Source of the DNA: Ignavibacteriota bacterium
Lineage (GTDB): Bacteria > Bacteroidota > Ignavibacteria > UBA10030 > CAVZMI01
Direction: 5' to 3'
Length of the DNA: 64,000 nt
Assembly: GCA_963776275.1 (NCBI GenBank)
Contig: CAVZMI010000023.1
Coordinates: 32,001-96,000 of the forward strand
Each line of letters opens with the position of its first letter. The stretch's first letter is position 1. The notes beneath the pieces are model-generated. The model made no database searches. It saw only the letters and a program-made list of their open reading frames with translations, and was not told where the DNA came from. Position numbers and translations under genes: made by a program. Positions 57,608-64,000 of the stretch are shown here, one piece after another.

Positions 57608-58102
57608 ATGAAACAAATGTACAGTGTGATTATTTTTTTGTGTTTTACCTCGGCAGTTGGTTTTTCCGTAGGATATGCACAATATGGTGAAGATCATCCG
57701 TCCGGTCCTAGAGGGCGGGAGAGGGTTGAACAGCTTCGGAAAATGAAGCTTATCGAGACACTCGGTCTCGACGAGGATAAGTCTGTCCGGTTTATATCCC
57801 GCTTTTCCAAACATCAGGAGCAGATGCGTTCGCTTTTTAACGAGCGGAGTACAACTGTCGATAATCTCGAACAGGCAATAAAGGATTCTCGTGAGAGCGA
57901 GTATTCCAGACTCATCGAAATAGTATTCGCGGTCGATCGAAAAATCATTGACGAGAGAGTAAAATTCATTAAGAGCCTGGATGATCTTCTTACAAAAGAG
58001 CAGCAGGCAAAATTTCTAGTTTTTGATCGCAATTTTAATCGCGACCTCCGCGATATGATTTTCGATGCCAGGCGTGGACCACCACAAGGACGGGAACATT
58101 AA
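57608..58102 (+). CDS. Periplasmic Spy/CpxP-like helical protein
   Basis: Signal peptide from ATG 57608. LGLDEDK and LLTKEQQAKF (LTxxQ) motifs. Third gene of the ECF operon. Confidence 0.65.
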   Translation: MKQMYSVIIFLCFTSAVGFSVGYAQYGEDHPSGPRGRERVEQLRKMKLIETLGLDEDKSVRFISRFSKHQEQMRSLFNERSTTVDNLEQAIKDSRESEYSRLIEIVFAVDRKIIDERVKFIKSLDDLLTKEQQAKFLVFDRNFNRDLRDMIFDARRGPPQGREH

Positions 58103-58194
58103 AGCATCTCACAAGTTGAAGTCCTGTGAACAGAATCACGTTATATTCCAATAATCAGAGAGCCAATACCGTAAGGCCTGAAATCTTGGTAATA

Positions 58195-59116
58195 TTAAGT
58201 AAAGGCATTCATTGCAATTCCGTATCGCAGACCACGGTCGCTTGCGATGATGTTGGCACCATGGACACAGTGCATGAATTCCTTCAGGATAAGTACTCCG
58301 GCAAGGATGATATCAGCTCTCCCGGGTACTATTTGCGGGATGGCTTCTATTTGTTCGACGGTGAGCGGTAGTAACTGTTCATATATTGATTCGATTATCT
58401 CCAGAGATAATTTGTATCCGCTGACTTTTTCGCGGTCGTAAGCAGGCAATTGTTGATGAAGTGCTGCAAGGGTAGTGACTGTCCCCGCTACACCAACGAG
58501 AATGGTATCATCGAGCGATCCAAATTGGGCGCTTGAAAGAGTGGCCCGGATATAAGAGGCCGCCTCATCAAGTTGTGAATAGGTTGGAGGAGAAGATAGT
58601 AAAAATCGTTCTGTAAGGCGGACTGAACCGATATCGAGACTAATATGGTTCAGGATTTTTTGATTTGTCCCCAGAACAATCTCTGTGCTTCCGCCGCCAA
58701 TGTCAATCACCCCGAATGTGTCGTGCGTTGATGGATACTCTAAAACAGCACCCTGGAAGGTAAGGCGCGCTTCCTCTTCTCCCGAAAGGACTCGGATAGC
58801 AAGGTCAATTTCTTTCTTCATAAAAGCGAGAAATTCATCCCGATTTACCGCATCCCGCAATGCACTTGTTCCGCAGGCAATCATCGTATCGACTGCATAT
58901 CCTTTGGCAATGCATTGATATTCACGCAGATACTCTTTTATCCTTTCGAAGGCTGCCGGAAGAATTCTTCGATGTTCATCGACTCCTTTGCCGAGACGGG
59001 CAATGACAAGCTCATCTTTCAGGACAGTGAATCGATACCGATCGGAGTCCCGTTCGAACGTCGGCGATTAGCATAAGGATTGTATTCGTTCCGATATCGA
59101 TCGATGCAATTCTCAT
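58195..59116 (-). CDS. ppx: Ppx/GppA exopolyphosphatase with an apparent 1-nt frameshift near 59057
   Basis: ATG 59116 gives MRIASIDIGTNT. After +1 the frame continues ..IARLGKGVD..GTSALRDA..EEEAR..IDIGGGSTE..RADII..GLRYG. Confidence 0.85.
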
Positions 59117-59973
59117 AACGGTCTCTTCAATGCAGTAATTCCGATCCATTCTGCTTCACAGAGAATTTCCTCGACAGTACATCCGGACGACGCAAGAATG
59201 TTGCATATTCTTTTTTCATCCGAATCCGTTATGCCCGAAATCAGAAGGTGTCCACCAGAGGCGGTATGCTCCAGTAATTCTTCAATCATCTCGACAACGA
59301 TTTTATAATTGATATTGGCAAGGACGAGATTAAAGTCGTTTTCCTGGACACTTCCGATCGAACCGGAACGAATGATGACGCGGGAAGTGACGTTGTTCAG
59401 AGCCACATTTTCCAGTGCGTTATCATATGACCATTCGTCATTATCAACGCCGATAGCCAATGAGGCGCCGAGTCGTACTGAAGCAATTGCGAGAACACCG
59501 GTGCCTGTTCCGATATCCAGTACTCGATCACCAGGATGGATGACGTTTTCGAGCATTCTGAGCATCAATCGGGTTGTTTCATGATAGCCGGTGCCGAACG
59601 ACATTTTTGGGTTGATTGTCAATACGATGAGCCCCGTCTGCGGGATCACGGGCGACCAGCTTGGCCGGATAATGATGTGGTCGGTTGCTTGAATCGGTTC
59701 GATGGTTTTTTCCCATTCTTCATTCCAATTCTGGTCTTCGACGGAGGTAATCTGCACACCAGATATAACTTTTCCTTCAGCCCTAAGTTTTTCCTGATAG
59801 AGTGAAAATCGTTTTGAGACTTCGTCGTTCCAGAGTTGTTCCGGGATATAGGCCGTGATATCATTCTCTCCTTCCATAAATCCATTCGCACCAGATTCCC
59901 ATAAAAATGGGATCAACAATTCCTGAACATCAGTCGGGCATGTAATAGTGACCGCAATCCACGTTCTTGCCAT
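59113..59973 (-). CDS. prmA: Ribosomal protein L11 methyltransferase
   Basis: DQNWNEEW, INPKMSFGTGYHETT, VLDIGTGTGVL and LANI motifs. Confidence 0.92.
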   Translation of the reverse strand: MARTWIAVTITCPTDVQELLIPFLWESGANGFMEGENDITAYIPEQLWNDEVSKRFSLYQEKLRAEGKVISGVQITSVEDQNWNEEWEKTIEPIQATDHIIIRPSWSPVIPQTGLIVLTINPKMSFGTGYHETTRLMLRMLENVIHPGDRVLDIGTGTGVLAIASVRLGASLAIGVDNDEWSYDNALENVALNNVTSRVIIRSGSIGSVQENDFNLVLANINYKIVVEMIEELLEHTASGGHLLISGITDSDEKRICNILASSGCTVEEILCEAEWIGITALKRPL

Positions 59974-59976
59974 CGG

Positions 59977-60660
59977 TTAGTATTCCTTTCCTGCGGCCGG
60001 CACCGGTGCTTCACGATGTTGAATGATATAGAGAACGAGTTTCTGGTTCATGGCGAGCCATTGGATCTGATCTTGGTAATTCTCCTGCATTTTCCTGTCG
60101 GCTTTATTATAACGCGCATTGATCATATAGATGAATAACAGAAAAAGGATTACCATGATCAGTGATGGGGTAACGCGATCGAACTGTTGTGTTACTGCAA
60201 AGGTACCGAGCGTGACAAATCCTGCTATAGCGAAAAAAAGCGATATACGCCGGATTGTTGTAAGAACATGAAAGACCATTCCGAAAAAGAAAATTCTTTG
60301 ATGAAATGTAGCCGGCATGTAAGAGTTGAGAATAAAAAAGTACAATCGTTGGGCTTCCCGCTCATCGATTGGGGGTGAAACGTTCAGGGTCCGGGAAAGT
60401 TCAAGAATATGCTGACTCGGCTGGTTCTCGCGAAAGGCTTTCCGGCGTTTTGAACCTTCAGTGGCATACAGGAGCAATCCGGCGATGGAGCCGCTGACAA
60501 GAATCAATAGGGTTGATGCACTCGATCCGGTGAAAAAGAAATCGATATTAAAAGCCACGACCCCATAAAGCCATGCGAGAGTGACACAATAAAAACCGGG
60601 CAGGAGAATTCGAAGACCTTCATAAGCTCCGAAACTCGAGAATGAATGATTATGTGTCAT
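59977..60660 (-). CDS. Hypothetical membrane protein (about 4 TM)
   Basis: Tightly packed between the M28 gene and prmA. Start MTHNH at 60660 with an AAAGG RBS. Confidence 0.7.
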   Translation of the reverse strand: MTHNHSFSSFGAYEGLRILLPGFYCVTLAWLYGVVAFNIDFFFTGSSASTLLILVSGSIAGLLLYATEGSKRRKAFRENQPSQHILELSRTLNVSPPIDEREAQRLYFFILNSYMPATFHQRIFFFGMVFHVLTTIRRISLFFAIAGFVTLGTFAVTQQFDRVTPSLIMVILFLLFIYMINARYNKADRKMQENYQDQIQWLAMNQKLVLYIIQHREAPVPAAGKEY

Positions 60661-60677
60661 CGATCGACCTTTCTCTG

Positions 60678-61664
60678 TTAAAACTCCGATGATTTTGAAT
60701 AGAGAATATGGACAAGAACTTTTCCGACAGCTTCGAGACTTTCCGGACTGCATCTGTCCGGAGTATCCTGATGAGTATGCCAGTATTTTCGTTCGGGTTG
60801 TGGTGCCGAGCCACCGACGAGGTCAAGGTCGATTATATCCACGGTCTGAATTCCCGTATTGTTCAGCGGGATATGATCGTCCTCGATTGTACCGCCGATG
60901 AAATCCATGAATTGGGACACACCAAGCTCATGTGCGGTTTCCCAGATGAGTCGCACAACTTCCGGTGCGAACTGAACTGAATATCCCTCTTTTGGTAGAA
61001 GAAGATTCTTATCGCCAACAAGATCAAGCAGGATAGCAAATCGGGGATTAAATGAAGGCGGTTTCACACTTGTAAAATATCGTGAACCGAGGAAGTAATT
61101 CTGAAGATCACCGGAGTGGCCGAAATCCTCGCCATCGAAGAGAACAATATCTACGCCGATTGACAGCGGGTTGTATTTGAACAAACGGGCAAGTTCCAGA
61201 AGTACTGCTACTCCACTCGCACCGTCATTTGCTCCTAATATGGGAAGAGACCGTTTCGCATTGTTATAGTCCATGTCAGCCTCCGGACGGGTATCCCAAT
61301 GCGCACATAACATCACCCGCTTGGTTGCCTGGAGATTGAATGAAGCAATGACGTTGGTCATTGTATAGTGTTCACCTCGGTATCCGACATGGGAGAACGG
61401 TTGTAGATCGACCTTATCGGCAAATTGTTGGAGTTCTTGTGCGAGGTAATTCTTGCATCGTTCATGAGTTGCTGAACCGGGATTACGAGGTCCAAATGCA
61501 GTCTGCGCCTTTAAATACCGGAAAGCATTTTTTCCGTCAAATCGGGGGATAGTGTTAACGCGTGTGGTCTGTGGTGTTACTTTCGATTGTTGGTCAGGGC
61601 TGGTTTTCTGGCCACACGCTGATATAACGAATCCGATCAAAAAAACAAGAGAAAGCCGATCCAT
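60678..61664 (-). CDS. M28 family peptidase / glutaminyl cyclase-like lipoprotein
   Basis: Lipobox ISAC. AHWDTRP, GANDGASGVA, FDGEDFG, DDHIP and WHTHQD motifs. Confidence 0.85.
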   Translation of the reverse strand: MDRLSLVFLIGFVISACGQKTSPDQQSKVTPQTTRVNTIPRFDGKNAFRYLKAQTAFGPRNPGSATHERCKNYLAQELQQFADKVDLQPFSHVGYRGEHYTMTNVIASFNLQATKRVMLCAHWDTRPEADMDYNNAKRSLPILGANDGASGVAVLLELARLFKYNPLSIGVDIVLFDGEDFGHSGDLQNYFLGSRYFTSVKPPSFNPRFAILLDLVGDKNLLLPKEGYSVQFAPEVVRLIWETAHELGVSQFMDFIGGTIEDDHIPLNNTGIQTVDIIDLDLVGGSAPQPERKYWHTHQDTPDRCSPESLEAVGKVLVHILYSKSSEF

Positions 61665-61838
61665 AAATGTTCTAGAAAGGATGTTTCTTCGAAGACAGTC
61701 CTTGTATTTCATATCTTATATATACCGAAAAATCGGCCGAAATTCAATGGGTTTAGGTGTTTTGAAGGTTCTCGTGATCTATGAAACAAATTAAAACGCT
61801 TAGTTGTATATTTAAAGGGGGGATTAAAAGGGGGGTGA

Positions 61839-61866
61839 GAAACTTTTAGTGGAGTCGTGAGTCTAA
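61839..61866 (+). promoter_or_regulatory. ECF-type promoter upstream of the second sigma gene
   Basis: GAAACTT-N16-TCTAA. A similar GCAACTT-N14-CGTTAA lies at 63336 before the DUF4097 gene. Confidence 0.55.
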
Positions 61867-61925
61867 TTACTAGAGAAAGCATTTTTTGTCCCGGTTCAGG
61901 CGGGGATATCGAAGAAAGACTTATC

Positions 61926-62481
61926 ATGCGTACTTCTGAAGACGATCTCGTCAGGGACTTTCAACGGGGCGAGGAACTCTGCGTACGCGGCGCTATATAA
62001 TCGATACAAGAGGCATATCTATTGTTTCTGCCTGAAAATGGTGGGAGATGAAGATGAAGTCAAGGATATCGTGCAGGAGGTATTCCTGAAAATGTACGAA
62101 CACCGGTGGCAGCTCGCCAATCCGTCGCGATTCCGTGCATGGCTTTTTATGATAGCTCGAAACCAATGCCTCACACATTATCGTGATGAGAAGAGAACAA
62201 CACCCTTTGATGAAAGATGGTCAATGTTGGAGAGTCTGGAAACAGAATCGCTCATACAGGAAATTGAACGTAACGAGGAAGTGTCCCTGGTTCGCGCGTT
62301 CATCAATCAATTGAAACCAGAGTATCGTGAGGTTATCGTGCTTCGTGAATATCAGGGTTTATCTTACGAGGAAATTGCTGATGTCATCGGTGCAACCATT
62401 GCTGCCGTCAAGGCGAAACTCTTCAAAGCGCGGAAAGAATTATTCGAGAAAATGAAACCAGTTTTTATAGAGAGGAGATAA
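61926..62481 (+). CDS. ECF sigma factor with an apparent 1-nt frameshift near 61973
   Basis: MRTSEDDLVRDFQRGE then +1 NSAYAALYNRYKRHIYCFCLKMVGDEDEVKDIVQEVF...LSYEEIA. Confidence 0.85.
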
Positions 62482-62485
62482 TCAT

Positions 62486-63016
62486 ATGAACAGCAAATTT
62501 TCTCGTCGTGATTGTAAACAGTACCGTGAGATGGTGAGCCTGTTCATTGATACAGAATTGGAACAGGGGCACGAGCATGCACTGTTTAAGCACCTCGGAG
62601 GGTGTGAAGAGTGCCAATCGTATCTTGATGTGCTGATGAAATTCAAGGTCGTCAGGCAGCGGGATCAGGCCGAATATCCTACGGAACTTGACAGCTCGAT
62701 TTTTGAGGAGTTGAAAATTCGAAAGAATGTCTATGCTTTCGGAAAAATTGAGCCACAACCTGTCCGTCTACCACTCTGGAAACGAAGAATTGCGCTGTCA
62801 ATGCCTCTCGTTGCGGCATTCATGTTTGTTGTTCTTCTCGGACTGGGTTCTATTATCTTCAATATTGAAGGGCCATTGGGACCACTCAAACAAGGCATCG
62901 TCAGTATATTCCAGGGACATCCACGAATTGAAGTACGGGATCAATTTATTTACCCGATGCCGATGCAAACGGTTGTTGCGGGGAAAGAACAACTTCAGAG
63001 GACGCAGAATCTGTAG
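62486..63016 (+). CDS. Zinc-finger (ZAS) transmembrane anti-sigma factor
   Basis: HLGGCEEC motif, one TM helix, GGAG RBS. Confidence 0.8.
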   Translation: MNSKFSRRDCKQYREMVSLFIDTELEQGHEHALFKHLGGCEECQSYLDVLMKFKVVRQRDQAEYPTELDSSIFEELKIRKNVYAFGKIEPQPVRLPLWKRRIALSMPLVAAFMFVVLLGLGSIIFNIEGPLGPLKQGIVSIFQGHPRIEVRDQFIYPMPMQTVVAGKEQLQRTQNL

Positions 63017-63022
63017 AAAAAA

Positions 63023-63193
63023 GTGAGATCAATCCTTCGACTCGTCCCGATATCCCCACTGTGAAACGTGGGGCGTAAATCTCACTGGGCACCCATATAA
63101 GACGTAAGGGCGTAAAGAACACGGGAACGTGAGACGGAAAAAAACGGAACACGAGAACATCGGGACTCGCTCAGGACAAGGGTCAGGATTAAG
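63023..63193 (+). repeat. Hexamer arm plus hairpin unit with an additional ~100-bp insertion in its innermost loop
   Basis: Same as the 28642 and 45701 composites, but with extra sequence between TCCCGATAT and GAACATCGGGAC. Confidence 0.8.
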
Positions 63194-63390
63194 AAAGATG
63201 TTAAAAAATGCTTTGACCCAACAAAAGATGCGGCTCCGCTTTTTTCTTTTTTACTTCAATAAAACCCTTGCTATCTCAAGCTTGATATTGGCTTGTTTTT
63301 CGATACATAACCTATCTTGCAATGAGTGAAAGGCTGCAACTTTTTCCTCCTAACTCCGTTAATATAGCAGGATATATCAACGGAGGCACC

Positions 63391-64000
63391 ATGAAACGTT
63401 CAACAGCTATTGGAATTAAGCTTGCTGTTTTTATCGGGATTGTCCTGCTTTTTGTGTGGGCATTGATTGCCTACGCCGCGATTCATCGGAAAGGTGGCGG
63501 ACACCCCTCGACGAAGGAAACATTCTGGGGAGATCGTAAACGCGTCGAAAAGATATTTGTCTTAAAATCCGGTGGATCGTTTGAACTCTCGACAGATATC
63601 GGCGAAGTAATGGTTGAAGGCTGGGAGAAAGAGGAAGTCTCATTTCAGGCGGAGATCACCGGAGAGCCCCGCTTTGTTCAAGATTTTACATTGTCGTTTG
63701 ATACTACCAATCAACGTATCGTTGTACGCGGGAAATACGAACACAATATATGGTTCTTTAATGACTGGGATAATGCCGATGTCCATTTCAATATCAAAGT
63801 ACCCCAACAATGTTCGATCGATGTGAAGACATCGGGAGGAAATGTGACTGTCGCATCGTTGCAGGGTGAGGTTCGGGGATCAACATCAGGCGGTTCGATG
63901 ACCGTTCATGATGTGAAAGGTATTACGGTTCTTCACACGTCGGGGGGATCCGTGAATGCGAAGAATGTCGAGGGTTCATGCGAAGCAAAAACATCGGGCG
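63391..64000 (+). CDS. DUF4097-like beta-strand repeat protein, 3' truncated by the window edge
   Basis: GGAGG RBS, N-terminal hydrophobic segment, repeated TSGG motifs (VKTSGG, STSGG, HTSGG). Frame is open to the window end. Confidence 0.8.
   Translation, partial: MKRSTAIGIKLAVFIGIVLLFVWALIAYAAIHRKGGGHPSTKETFWGDRKRVEKIFVLKSGGSFELSTDIGEVMVEGWEKEEVSFQAEITGEPRFVQDFTLSFDTTNQRIVVRGKYEHNIWFFNDWDNADVHFNIKVPQQCSIDVKTSGGNVTVASLQGEVRGSTSGGSMTVHDVKGITVLHTSGGSVNAKNVEGSCEAKTSG

Noticed and set aside
58195-62481. Programmed frameshifting or phase variation in ppx and the ECF sigma
   Set aside because: No slippery heptamer or simple-sequence tract at the shift sites, so error is more parsimonious.
1-64000. 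tRNA, rRNA, prophage or integron
   Set aside because: None recognised. There is no integrase, and the hairpins lack attC RYYYAAC/GTTRRRY ends.

Overview
A 64-kb bacterial chromosomal window, most likely from an FCB-superphylum organism of the Ignavibacteria/KSB1 type. This is inferred from the YPNPFNP-type T9SS/FlgD C-terminal domains together with canonical TTGACA/TATAAT promoters and GGAGG ribosome sites. Bases 1-35.8 kb are one large + strand surface-glycan cluster. It has Wzt with a C-terminal domain, a sulfotransferase/coiled-coil/GT2 fusion, many GT2/GT4 enzymes and methyltransferases, an acyltransferase, WbpA/WbpB-like enzymes, two ArnT/PMT-like GT-C paralogs and two TMTC-like GT-C+TPR paralogs. 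An AAA-DUF4143 gene, an IS481 and decayed gene remnants interrupt it. Bases 36-56 kb are a ~10.2-kb tandem duplication of a two-gene unit. The first gene is a ~2500-aa secreted beta-rich protein ending in cadherin-like, dockerin, cohesin and T9SS-type domains, and the second is a 399-aa cohesin-cohesin-CTD protein. Each unit is followed by an intact or decayed four-helix-bundle cassette. Bases 56-64 kb hold two ECF sigma/anti-sigma pairs, ppx, prmA, an M28 lipoprotein and a DUF4097 gene. Main highlights: (1) an apparently enzyme-free cohesin-dockerin surface assembly with mosaic variable regions, next to its likely glycosylation machinery; (2) a hairpin repeat family X-TCGAC..GCTC-X' with covarying stems that inserts into its own loop, nested six deep at 20.5 kb; (3) a candidate sulfate-capping molecular-ruler enzyme. 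Several single-base frameshifts may be sequencing errors. All calls come from reading the sequence; no database searches were run.
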